Positions 48,500 to 57,623 of a stretch of DNA of 64,000 nucleotides are shown piece by piece. Origin of the DNA: an uncultured delta proteobacterium. GTDB lineage: Bacteria; Desulfobacterota; Desulfobaccia; Desulfobaccales; 0-14-0-80-60-11. Within the stretch, counting starts at the first letter, position 1; each line of letters begins with the position of its first letter. The notes beneath the pieces are model-generated. The model was given only the letters and a program-made list of their open reading frames with translations. It made no database searches and was not told where the DNA came from. The stretch spans positions 205,158-269,157 of the forward strand of contig CAWCOX010000009.1 of assembly GCA_963797235.1 (NCBI GenBank), in the 5' to 3' direction. The position numbers were made by a program, and so were the translations under genes.

Positions 48500-50475
48500 A
48501 TGGAAACCGTTCTCCTGCTCCTGCTGCTGTTGCCCCTGGGCGGCTTCGTGATCAACGCCGTGCTGGGCCGCTTTCTGCCCAGGCGGGCGGTGGAGGCGGT
48601 GGCCTGCGCCGCGGTCCTGGGGGCCATGTTCTGTGCCGCGGCGGCCCTGGTCCTGGCCGGCGACCGGGCCCACGACCTCACCTTCTGGCAGTGGTTCGGG
48701 GCCGGGGATTTTTCGACGGCCATGAACGTCCATTTCGATCCCCTGGCCGCGGTCATGGCGCTGATGGTCACCTTTGTGGCGAGCATCATCCACCTCTACT
48801 CCGCCGCCTTCATGCGGGAGGACGCCGACTACGTCCGGTTTTTCTGCTATTTGAACCTCTTCGTCTTCGCCATGCTGGTGATCACCACGGCGGACAGCCT
48901 GATCTTCGTCTACCTGGGCTGGGAGGGGGTGGGCTTCTGCTCTTATGCCCTGATCGGTTTCTGGTACCGGGACGAAGCCAACGCCAACGCCGGCCGCAAG
49001 GCCTTCATCTGCACCCGCATCGGCGACATCGCCTTCGGCGTGGCCCTGGGCCTGTGCTTCGTCCATTTCGGCAATTTTTCCATCACCCAGATCAATAGCC
49101 AGGCCGCGGGACTCAGTCCCACCCTGATCACCGTCCTGGCCCTGCTGTTGCTCTGGGCGGCGGTGGGTAAATCGGCGCAGCTACCCCTGACGGTGTGGCT
49201 GCCGGACGCCATGGCCGGCCCCACCCCGGTCTCGGCCCTGATCCACGCCGCCACCATGGTCACCGCCGGCACCTACCTGCTCATGCGGCTCTTTCCGTTG
49301 GTGTCGCTCTCGCCCACGGCCATGCTGATCATCGCCGGGGTGGGCGCCGTCACCGCGCTGTACGCCTCTTTCGCCGCCCTGGCCCAATGGGACCTCAAAA
49401 AGATGCTGGCCTACTCCACCATCAGCCAGGTGGGTTACATGTTCCTGGCGGTGGGGGCGGGCGACATCGTCGGCGGCCTCTTCCACCTGGTGTCCCACGC
49501 CTTCTTCAAGGCCCTGCTCTTTTTGACCGCGGGCATCGTCATCCAGGCCCTGGCCGAGGAACACAACATCTTCCGCATGGGCAACCTGCGCCGCCGCCTG
49601 CCCGCGGTTTATTGGCTGTTTCTGATCGGCGCCGTCTCCCTGAGCGCCTTTCCGCTGTTGGGGGGCTTCTTCAGCAAGGACCGCATCCTCTTGGCCACCT
49701 TTATCCATCCGGGAGCCACTTACAAAATCTTCTGGCTCCTCGGCCTGGCGGCGGCCTTTCTGACGCCGCTCTATACCTTCCGGGTCTTCTTCGTGGCCTT
49801 TCCGGAGCGGACCGACGGCGGGGGAGGCGAACCGATCCGGCCCATCCCCCGGTTCATGGCCTGGGTCCTCTGGCCCCTGGCGGTCTGCGCCCTGGGCGAC
49901 GGCCTGCTCAATCTGCCGGGGGGCATCGGCAAAGAACTTTTTGGGCAATTATCTGGCCGTCGTCCCCGGGGCCCGGCCGGACCTGGGGGCTCCCCCGGGG
50001 ACGGAATGGGCCATGGGAATTATCAGCGCCGTCATCGTGGTGGTCTCCATCGGCCTGGCCTACTGGCTTTACCGCCGCCGGCCGGCCCGGGAACCGGCGC
50101 TGGCAGGCTACTGGGGCCTCCTGTTTGCCGGCTTTTATCTCGACCGGCTCTATCAGTTGATCTTCGTCCGGCCTTATCAAGCGTATGGCCCGCTTTCTGT
50201 GGCGGCAGGTGGATGACCGTTACGATCAGCAAGTCATCGTCGGAGGCGCCCGGGCCCTCTTCCGGCCTTACCGGGCCCTGGCGAAATTCTGCTGGCTGCA
50301 GGTGGACGAACTGGTCATCGATGAGGGTGTGGTCAAGGCCGCCGACGGCCTGGTGTCTGTCTCCCGGGGCCTGGGGTATTGGACCACGGGGCGGCTGTCC
50401 ACCTATCTGAAGATGTTGCTCCTGGGCCTGACCATCTTTTTTGCCGCTCTGGGCCTGAGCTGGTACCTGTGGTAA
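48500..50475 (+). pseudogene. nuoL: NADH-quinone oxidoreductase subunit L, two frameshifts (~49935, ~50195)
   Basis: Antiporter-like core ..GKSAQLPLTVWLPDAMAGPTPVSALIHAATMVTAG... The C-terminal amphipathic helix and last TM are recovered from ORFs 49941-50216 and 50185-50475. Confidence 0.85.
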
Positions 50476-50485
50476 TAACGGAGGC

Positions 50486-52002
50486 ATGAATATGCTTCAA
50501 TTTCCCATACTTACCCTCATTATCTTCTGGCCGATCCTGGGCAGCTTTGTTGTCCTGGCGGTTTATCGGCGCCCGGACCTGGTCCGTTGGCTCAGTCTGC
50601 TGCGTCACCCTGGTGGAAATGGCCCTGGTGGCGGCGCTCTTTGGTCTCGACCTCCAGCCCCACGCCACGCCCCAGGGCACCTGGCTGCTGCTGGAGGACT
50701 ATGCCTGGATTCCATGGCTGGGGGCCCGCTACAGCCTGGGCCTGGACGGCATCAGCCTCCTGCTCCTGGCGCTGGTCGCCTTTCTGAATATCTTCTGCGT
50801 GCTCGTCTCCTGGCGGGCCATCGATTTTAAGCACGGCTCCTTCTATTTCTTCATCCTGTTCCTGGAGGGCACCCTGGCCGGCCTCTTTCTGGCCGCCGAT
50901 CTGCTGCTCTTTTACCTCTTTTGGGAGATCCAGATCATCCCCATGTTCTTCCTGGTGGGCATCTGGGGGCACGAGAACCGCATCCACGCGGCCATCAAGT
51001 TCCTGCTGTACACCCTGGCCGGCAGCCTGGTGATGCTCATCGCCCTGCTGATCCTCTACATCCTCCACGGGCAGGCGACCGGGGTTTACACCTTCTCGGT
51101 CTACCAGTTGACGCAGCATGGACCCCTGGGGCGCACCACCGAAGTCCTCTTGTTCGCCGCCTTTCTGCTGGCCTTCGGCATCAAGGTCCCGCTGCTGCCG
51201 GTGCATACCTGGCTGCCCGACACCCATACCGAGGCCCCCACCGCCGGCAGCGTGGTTCTGGCCGGGCTGCTCCTGAAGACCGGGGTTTACGCCATTTTCC
51301 GATTTGCCATCCCGTTCTTTCCCGAGGGCGCGCCAATACCTGGTGCCGCTCCTATTGATCCTGGGGATGGGCGGCCTGTTCTATGCCGGCTGGATCGCCC
51401 TGGCCCAGGCCGACATCAAGCGCCTGGTGGCCTACTCCAGCATCGCCCACATGGGCATGGTGATCATCGGCATCGTCATCTGGAACGCCGTGACCCTGAG
51501 CGGCGCCGTTTTACAGATGATCAACCATGGCCTGTCCACTTCGGCCCTGTTCATCATGGTGGGCATGCTGGACGAGCGCCTCCATTCCCGGAATTTCGCC
51601 GTAATGGGGGGCCTGTGGAGCAAAATGCCGGTATTCAGCGCCTTTTTCCTGCTGTTTGCCCTGTCGTCCCTGGGACTGCCGGGCCTCAATAATTTCGTGG
51701 GGGAGATGCTCATCCTGGTGGGCGCCTTCAAGGCCAACTGGTGGGTGGCGGTTTGGGGCTTTGTCGGCATCGTCTTCGGGGTGATCTACATCCTGCGGAT
51801 GGTGCAGGACTCCCTCTTCGGCGAACCCCGGGCCGAGCACGTCCTCTGGGACGTCAATTCCAGGGAGGTCGTCATCCTGGTGGTCCTGGCCGTGGCGGTG
51901 CTTTTCATCGGCCTGCACCCCGGGCCGGTGCTGCAATGGCTGGATCAGCCGGTGCAGATGATGCTGCACCAGACCACCCAGGTGGCCTGGCTGCCTAGAT
52001 AG
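50486..52002 (+). pseudogene. nuoM: NADH-quinone oxidoreductase subunit M, two frameshifts (~50590, ~51330)
   Basis: GGAGG SD. ..FGIKVPLLPVHTWLPDTHTEAPTAGSVVLAGLLLKTG.. and ..KRLVAYSSIAHMGMV.. lie in successive frames. Confidence 0.85.
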
Positions 52003-52018
52003 AAAATTGGGAGAGACC

Positions 52019-53044
52019 ATGGAATACACGCAAATTCCGGGGACCGATCTCAAGGTGTCCCGTATTGCCTTGGGCACCTGGGCCATGGGCGGCTGGATGT
52101 GGGGCGGCACCGATGAAGCCCTGGCCATCAAGACCATCCATGCCGCCATCGACAAGGGCATCAACCTGATCGATACCGCGCCGGTGTACGGCTTCGGCCG
52201 CTCGGAGCAGATCGTCGGTAAGGCCCTGGCCCTCAAAAAATGCCGGGAGCAGGTTTGCATCTCCACCAAGACCGGGCTGGACTGGCAGGAAGGCAAGGTC
52301 TTCCGCAACTGCTCGCCGGAGTTTATCAAACGGAATGTGGCCGACTCCCTCAAAAATCTGCAAACCGATTACCTGGACATCCTGTTCGTGCATTGGCCCG
52401 ACCCCCTGGAACCTTTTGAGGAGACCGGCAAGGTCATGGCGCAGTTGCGGCAAGAGGGGAAGATCCGGGCCGTGGGGGTGAGCAATTATTCGCCGGAGCA
52501 GATTGAGGCCTTCCAAAAGGGCGGCCCGGTGCATCTGGCCCAGCCGCCTTATAACCTCTTCGAGCGGGCCATTGAGGCGGAATTGATGCCCTTCTGCCGG
52601 AAAAATCAGGTGGCGCTGATGGCTTACGGCGCCTTATGCCGCGGCCTCCTGTCGGGCCGGGTCACGGCCGACCGGCAATATCAGGGTGACGACCTGCGCA
52701 AGATCGACCCGAAGTTCAAGCCGCCGCGCCTTTCGCAGTATCTGGCGGCCGTGAAACTGCTGGACGAGTTCGCCCGGAAACGATTTGAGCGGCGGGTGCT
52801 CCACCTGGCGGTGCGTTGGGTCCTGGACCAGGGCGCCGAGATCGCCCTGTGGGGCGGCCGGCAGCCGGAGCAACTGGACCCGGTGCCCGAGATTAGCGGC
52901 TGGAACCTGGAGCAGGCCGACCTGCACGCCATTGACCAGATACTGGCGGCAACCATTAAAGACCCGGTGGGGCCGGAATTCATGGCGCCGCCGGCCCGGG
53001 AAGCGGAGGTAGACGGGAGACGGGAGACGGAGACGGAGCATTGA
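52019..53044 (+). CDS. Aldo-keto reductase embedded between nuoM and nuoN
   Basis: MEYTQIPGTDLKVSRIALGTWAMGG..., DTAPVYGFGRSEQIVGKAL, ..GVSNYSPEQIE.. (AKR family). ATG 52019 with a GGGAGAG SD, 16 nt after the nuoM stop. Confidence 0.8.
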   Translation: MEYTQIPGTDLKVSRIALGTWAMGGWMWGGTDEALAIKTIHAAIDKGINLIDTAPVYGFGRSEQIVGKALALKKCREQVCISTKTGLDWQEGKVFRNCSPEFIKRNVADSLKNLQTDYLDILFVHWPDPLEPFEETGKVMAQLRQEGKIRAVGVSNYSPEQIEAFQKGGPVHLAQPPYNLFERAIEAELMPFCRKNQVALMAYGALCRGLLSGRVTADRQYQGDDLRKIDPKFKPPRLSQYLAAVKLLDEFARKRFERRVLHLAVRWVLDQGAEIALWGGRQPEQLDPVPEISGWNLEQADLHAIDQILAATIKDPVGPEFMAPPAREAEVDGRRETETEH

Positions 53045-53070
53045 CCTCGGTCCCCCGTCATCCGGTCTCC
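53011..53070. repeat. GACGGGA/GACGGAG array hairpin spanning the AKR stop codon
   Basis: agacgggagacgggagacggagacggag-cattgac-ctcggtcccccgtcatccggtctcc. It encodes the AKR tail ..VDGRRETETEH*. Confidence 0.8.
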
Positions 53071-53110
53071 TGGTCTTTATTAGGTGAAAACCAAGCAATG
53101 GTAACGACCC

Positions 53111-54547
53111 ATGTCCACTGATTGGCCGGGGCTGCTCCCGGTGGTTATCCTGGCCGGAGGCGGCTCGCTCATCTTCTGCGCCGGGGCCTTCTGGCGGCGT
53201 CTGCCCGAGGGGGTGCTCTTCGCCCTGGCCTTGCTCAGCGCCGGGGCCGCCGGGGCCGCGGCCCTCTGGATAACCCCGGCTAACCCCACCTCCGAAGGCA
53301 TGCTGGACCTGGGGGGCTACGCCCGGTTTTTCACCTGCCTGTTCATGCTGATCACCCTCCTGACCTGCCTGTTCCTGCGGCAGTATGCCCGGGCCCGGGG
53401 CTTGGCCGGCGATGAACTTTACGGCCTGGTCCTCTTTGCCGCCCTGGGGATGGTGCTGGTGGCCGGGGCCTTGAACTGGGTCATCTTTTTTTTGGGGTTC
53501 CAGCTCATCTCCCTGTCCCTGTATGTCCTGATCGCGGTGCGCAAGGGCGAGGCCGCCTCCAATGAGGCGGGGCTAAAATATTTCATCGTGAGCGCCGTGG
53601 CCTCGGGCTTCCTCACCTTCGGCATTGCTTTGCTCTACGCGGTGAGCGGCACCCTCCAGGTGGCCGGCTCCCTGGCGGCCCTGGCCCATCCCCAGGACCT
53701 GCCGGTGATCCTGCTGGCCCTGGCCCTGATCCTGGTGGGGATCGGCTTCAAGACCTCCCTGGTGCCCTTTCACCTCTGGACCCCGGATGTCTACCAGGGG
53801 GCCCCGGCCCCGGTGACCGCCTTTCTGTCCACCGGCTCCAAGGTGGCCCTGTTTGCCGCACTGCTGCGCTTTTCCCTGCTGGCGGCCGCACCGGTATGGG
53901 CTTATTGCCTGCCGGCCCTTTGGGTCCTGGCGGCCCTCACCCTGACGGTGGGCAACGTCACTGCGCTCTATCAAACGCAAATCAAACGCCTGCTGGCCTA
54001 CTCCTCCATCGGCCAGATGGGCTACCTCTTCATGACCCTGTTGGCCGTCAAACAGGGCGGCCTGCCGGCCCTGATGTTTTACCTGGTGGTCTATGCGGTC
54101 ATGGACCTGGGGGCCTTCGGGCTGATCGGCAGCTTGTCGCCGGGCCAGGCGCAGTCCGACCTGGACGATTTGGCCGACTACCAGGGGTTGGGTTACTCTC
54201 AGCCCTGGCGGGCGGGCCTCCTGGCCGTCTGCCTCATCTCCCTGGCGGGGCTGCCGCCCACGGCCGGCTTCATGGGAAAATTCGCCCTGTTCCGGGCGGT
54301 GCTGCACTCCGGCTACCTGATCCTGGCGGTCATCGGCATCCTGACCGCCATCATCTCCCTTTACTATTATTTTAAGGTGACGGTCTCGCTCTACATGCAG
54401 CCGGCCGGGCCCGAGGCGGCGGTGCCCAGGGGCGATCTGGCGGTGGGCCTGGCCGGCGCGGTGATCCTGGGGCTGATTCTCTGGCTGGGCCTGGCGCCGT
54501 CGGTCCTGTTCGACCTGGTCGATCGGCTCGCCTCGGCCCTGCCATGA
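53111..54547 (+). CDS. nuoN: NADH-quinone oxidoreductase subunit N
   Basis: 478 aa, about 14 TM. ..GFKTSLVPFHLWTPDVYQGAPAPVTAFLSTGSK.., KRLLAYSSIGQMGY. Confidence 0.9.
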   Translation: MSTDWPGLLPVVILAGGGSLIFCAGAFWRRLPEGVLFALALLSAGAAGAAALWITPANPTSEGMLDLGGYARFFTCLFMLITLLTCLFLRQYARARGLAGDELYGLVLFAALGMVLVAGALNWVIFFLGFQLISLSLYVLIAVRKGEAASNEAGLKYFIVSAVASGFLTFGIALLYAVSGTLQVAGSLAALAHPQDLPVILLALALILVGIGFKTSLVPFHLWTPDVYQGAPAPVTAFLSTGSKVALFAALLRFSLLAAAPVWAYCLPALWVLAALTLTVGNVTALYQTQIKRLLAYSSIGQMGYLFMTLLAVKQGGLPALMFYLVVYAVMDLGAFGLIGSLSPGQAQSDLDDLADYQGLGYSQPWRAGLLAVCLISLAGLPPTAGFMGKFALFRAVLHSGYLILAVIGILTAIISLYYYFKVTVSLYMQPAGPEAAVPRGDLAVGLAGAVILGLILWLGLAPSVLFDLVDRLASALP

Positions 54548-54638
54548 AAAGTTGCCAGTAGCCGGTGACCCAGCAAAGACAGATTGCCGGGTGCGTTTCA
54601 CGCTCCACTATTAATCAGATCGGCGCCCCCACCACGAT

Positions 54639-54657
54639 GGCGGGCGGGACGCCCGCC
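54639..54657. repeat. GGCGGGCG-gga-CGCCCGCC hairpin downstream of nuoN
   Basis: Same 8-bp stem as 37353-37371 and 41207-41225. Confidence 0.8.
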
Positions 54658-54841
54658 CCACCAGCCTCCGCTTAATTTTATGCCTGGGCCGGTTCTGAAC
54701 AGCCAGCCCCGCCATAACAGATTTTTCCTCTCAAAAACTGGTAATTCCTCAATCCCAGACTTAACTTGTATATCGTAACCAGGTGGATCGCCTGGCCTGG
54801 GTTATTCACTAGATTTTTCTAAATCTTGGCAGAGTGTTTTT

Positions 54842-54896
54842 ATGGAGAACAGCCGCCCTCGACTGTTCTTTGCAGGCGAGGGCGCCTGCTCTCCAT
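54842..54896. repeat. 55-bp TIR/hairpin element, copy A (inverted orientation)
   Basis: atggagaacagccgccctcgactgttctttgcaggcgagggcgcctgctctccat is the reverse complement of copies B and C, with a few substitutions. Confidence 0.9.
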
Positions 54897-54921
54897 TTAA
54901 GAATTTTTTAAGGAAATTGGC

Positions 54922-56112
54922 ATGAAGAGCGCCGCGAGCACGACCATCCAACAGGATTTCCAGGTAAGCTTCCGCTACCCGGTCCACTTCACCTCGGGTC
55001 TGTTCGATCCGGGGAATCCCCTGTTGCAGGAGGTCATCCGGGACGGCGGCGGCGACCTGCCCAAAAAGGTGCTGGCCGTGGTGGATCGCGGCCTTTACCG
55101 GCACCATCCCGGCTTGCTGGCGGACCTCGAAGAGTATTGCCGGGAACATGCCGAAGTCATCGTCCTGGCCGGTGCGCCTTTGCTTTTGCCCGGGGGCGAG
55201 GCGGTGAAGAACGAGCCGCTGCACGTCACCATCCTGCACCAGGCCATCCAGGCGGCGGGTTTGTGCCGCCATTCCTACGTGGCGGCCGTGGGCGGCGGCG
55301 CCCTCATCGACACGGTGGGCTTCGCCACGGCCACCGCCCACCGGGGGGTGCGGCTCCTCCGGGTGCCCACCACGGTGCTATCCCAGGCCGACGCCGCCAT
55401 CGGCGTGAAAAACAGCGTCAACGCCATGGGGCAGAAAAACTTCTTGGGGGTCTTCGCTCCGCCGGCCGCGGTGCTCAATGATAGCGATTTTTTAACCACC
55501 CTGTCCCAGAAAGACTGGATCGGCGGGGTGGCCGAAGCCGTCAAAGTAGCCCTCATTAAGGATGCGGATTTCTTTATCTTCCTGGAGAGCCGGGCCGAGG
55601 CCCTGGTGCAGCGGGATTTGCCGGCCATGCGAGAGGTCATTGAGCGCTGCGCCGCCTTGCACCTGGAGCACATCGCCACCTCCGGCGATCCCTTTGAGCA
55701 AGGCAGCTCCCGGCCTCTGGACTTCGGCCATTGGGCCGCCCACCGGCTGGAGCTGCTCAGCGGCTTCGAGCTGGGGCACGGGGAGGCGGTGGCCGTGGGC
55801 ATCGCCCTGGACACCACTTACTCCTATCTGGCCGGTCTATTGCCCAAGGTTGCCTGGCATCGGGTTTTGGAACTGCTGACCAACCTCGGTTTTACCCTGT
55901 ATGTTCCCCAACTCGACCAGCGCGGGGCTATCCTTCAGGGTCTGGAAGATTTCCGGGCCCACCTGGGGGGACGCCTCACCGTCATGCTCCTCTGGGATAT
56001 CGGGCAGGGCATGGAGGCCCACGAAATAGACCAGCAGACGGTCAGGGCCGCCCTGGACTTGCTGCGCCGGATCACTGTTGAAGATAGTGAGCATTTAGCA
56101 GTGAGCAGTTAG
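54922..56112 (+). CDS. 3-dehydroquinate-synthase-family sugar-phosphate cyclase (EboD-like, not canonical AroB)
   Basis: GGGALIDTVGFATATAHRGVRLLRVPTTVLSQADAAIGVKNSVN..GQKNFLGVFAPP. This is the DHQS fold, but AAIGVKNSVN replaces the AroB-type SSVGGKTGIN. The C-terminal tail is encoded by a repeat. Confidence 0.65.
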   Translation: MKSAASTTIQQDFQVSFRYPVHFTSGLFDPGNPLLQEVIRDGGGDLPKKVLAVVDRGLYRHHPGLLADLEEYCREHAEVIVLAGAPLLLPGGEAVKNEPLHVTILHQAIQAAGLCRHSYVAAVGGGALIDTVGFATATAHRGVRLLRVPTTVLSQADAAIGVKNSVNAMGQKNFLGVFAPPAAVLNDSDFLTTLSQKDWIGGVAEAVKVALIKDADFFIFLESRAEALVQRDLPAMREVIERCAALHLEHIATSGDPFEQGSSRPLDFGHWAAHRLELLSGFELGHGEAVAVGIALDTTYSYLAGLLPKVAWHRVLELLTNLGFTLYVPQLDQRGAILQGLEDFRAHLGGRLTVMLLWDIGQGMEAHEIDQQTVRAALDLLRRITVEDSEHLAVSS

Positions 56113-56226
56113 CCAGAAGAAAAATGGAGAGCAGGCGACCTCGCCGGCAAAGAACAGCCGAGGGCGGCTGTTCTCCATCTTGCCTGACCGCTGACCGGAT
56201 AGCTGCTAACCCGCTAAATGCTTCTC
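56083..56226. repeat. Composite element: inverted GTGAGCAGT-type arms (56083-56114, 56184-56226) around 55-bp element copy B (56124-56178)
   Basis: Left agtgagcatttagcagtgagcagttagcc. Core atggagagcaggcgacctcgccggcaaagaacagccgagggcggctgttctccat. Right ctgaccgctgaccggatagctgctaacccgctaaatgct. Confidence 0.85.
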
Positions 56227-56256
56227 CCACCAAAAACCTAAGAGGACGATTAACCA

Positions 56257-57510
56257 TTGCAAATCGGCCATGACGGTTTCTTCCACCTGACTTATTGTAC
56301 CAAGGTGCATCCCGGCCGCGGCTGGGGGGAGTTATTGCAGAATCTCCAGGCCCTGGTGCCGCGGCTCAAGGCCCGGCTGGCCCCGGAGCGACCCTTCGGT
56401 TTGGGCCTGCGCCTCTCCAATGCGGAAAGCCGGGAACTGTTGACCGGGGATCATCTGGCCAGGTTTCGAGACTTCCTGGCCCAACATGATCTCTACGTCT
56501 TCACCCTGAACGGCTTCCCGTACGGCGACCTGACGGGGCAGCCGGTGAAGGAGGCCATCTTCGCCCCGGACTGGCGGGCCGCCCGGCGCCTCGACTATAC
56601 CCTGCGCCTGGTGGACATCCTGGCCTGCCTGCTGCCGGCCGGCATTGATGGCGGTATCTCCACCGTGCCTCTGTCTTACCAGCCTTGGATCGGGGCGGAG
56701 GCCGAGGCCCTGGCGCAGATCACGGCCAACCTGGTGGACCTGACGGCCAGACTGATCCAGGTGGAGGCAGACACCGGCAAGCTCATCCACCTGGACCTGG
56801 AGCCGGAGCCCGATGGCCTGCTGGAGTGCAGCCGGGAGGTGGTGGAGTTTTTCCAAACCCGACTGCTGGAACGGGGCGCCCCGCAACTGGCCCGGGCCGC
56901 GGGGCTGAGTGAGGCTGAGGCTCGCCGCGGCTTGCTGCGGCATTTGCGGGTCTGCCTGGACACCTGCCACCTGGCGGTGGCCTATGAGGACCCGGCCGCG
57001 GCCCTGGAAGCCTTGACCCGAAACGGCATCCAGGTGGGCAAGGTGCAGATCACCGCGGGACTGAAGGTCACGGTGCCGGCCAACGGGCGGCGGGCTGCCC
57101 TGGCCCGGCAACTGGAGCCCTTTACCCACTCGCCCTATCTGCACCAGGTCATCGCCCGGGAAGACGGCGGCCGCGGCCGACGTTTCCCGGATCTCTGGCA
57201 GGCCCTGGCCCTGCTGGACCGCTGCCCCCCGGGCCAGTGGCGCATCCATTACCATATGCCGCTGTTTGTGGAGCGCTGCGGGGCCCTGGCCACCACCGGG
57301 GCGGAGACCCGTGAGGTGTTGCGGCTGCTTAGGGAACAGCGGTTTTGTCCCCACCTGGAGATCGAGACCTACACCTGGGAGTGGCTGCCGGCGGAGTTGA
57401 AGAAAGAGCTGCTGGATTCTCTTACCGAGGAATACCGCTGGGTGCTGGAGGCCATGGGGGAGGAGAGCGGTCAGCCGTCAGCGGTCAGCCAGGGCAAAGC
57501 CTCTCAATGA
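56257..57510 (+). CDS. Xylose-isomerase-like TIM-barrel protein (EboE-like)
   Basis: 417 aa. The N-terminus ..FHLTYCTKVHPGRGWGELL...FGLGLRLSNAESREL resembles the EboE family as I recall it. TTG start with AAGAGGA upstream. Confidence 0.55.
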   Translation: MQIGHDGFFHLTYCTKVHPGRGWGELLQNLQALVPRLKARLAPERPFGLGLRLSNAESRELLTGDHLARFRDFLAQHDLYVFTLNGFPYGDLTGQPVKEAIFAPDWRAARRLDYTLRLVDILACLLPAGIDGGISTVPLSYQPWIGAEAEALAQITANLVDLTARLIQVEADTGKLIHLDLEPEPDGLLECSREVVEFFQTRLLERGAPQLARAAGLSEAEARRGLLRHLRVCLDTCHLAVAYEDPAAALEALTRNGIQVGKVQITAGLKVTVPANGRRAALARQLEPFTHSPYLHQVIAREDGGRGRRFPDLWQALALLDRCPPGQWRIHYHMPLFVERCGALATTGAETREVLRLLREQRFCPHLEIETYTWEWLPAELKKELLDSLTEEYRWVLEAMGEESGQPSAVSQGKASQ

Positions 57511-57528
57511 AAACCCACATCCAGGACT

Positions 57529-57584
57529 ATGGAGAGCAGGCGCCCTCGCTTGCAAAAAAACAGCCGAGGGCGGCTGTTCTCCAT
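57529..57584. repeat. 55-bp TIR/hairpin element, copy C
   Basis: atggagagcaggcgccctcgcttgcaaaaaaacagccgagggcggctgttctccat. Confidence 0.9.
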
Positions 57585-57623
57585 TTTTGCTTGACGTTTC
57601 CCCACGCTGGTGTGAGGCCGGAT

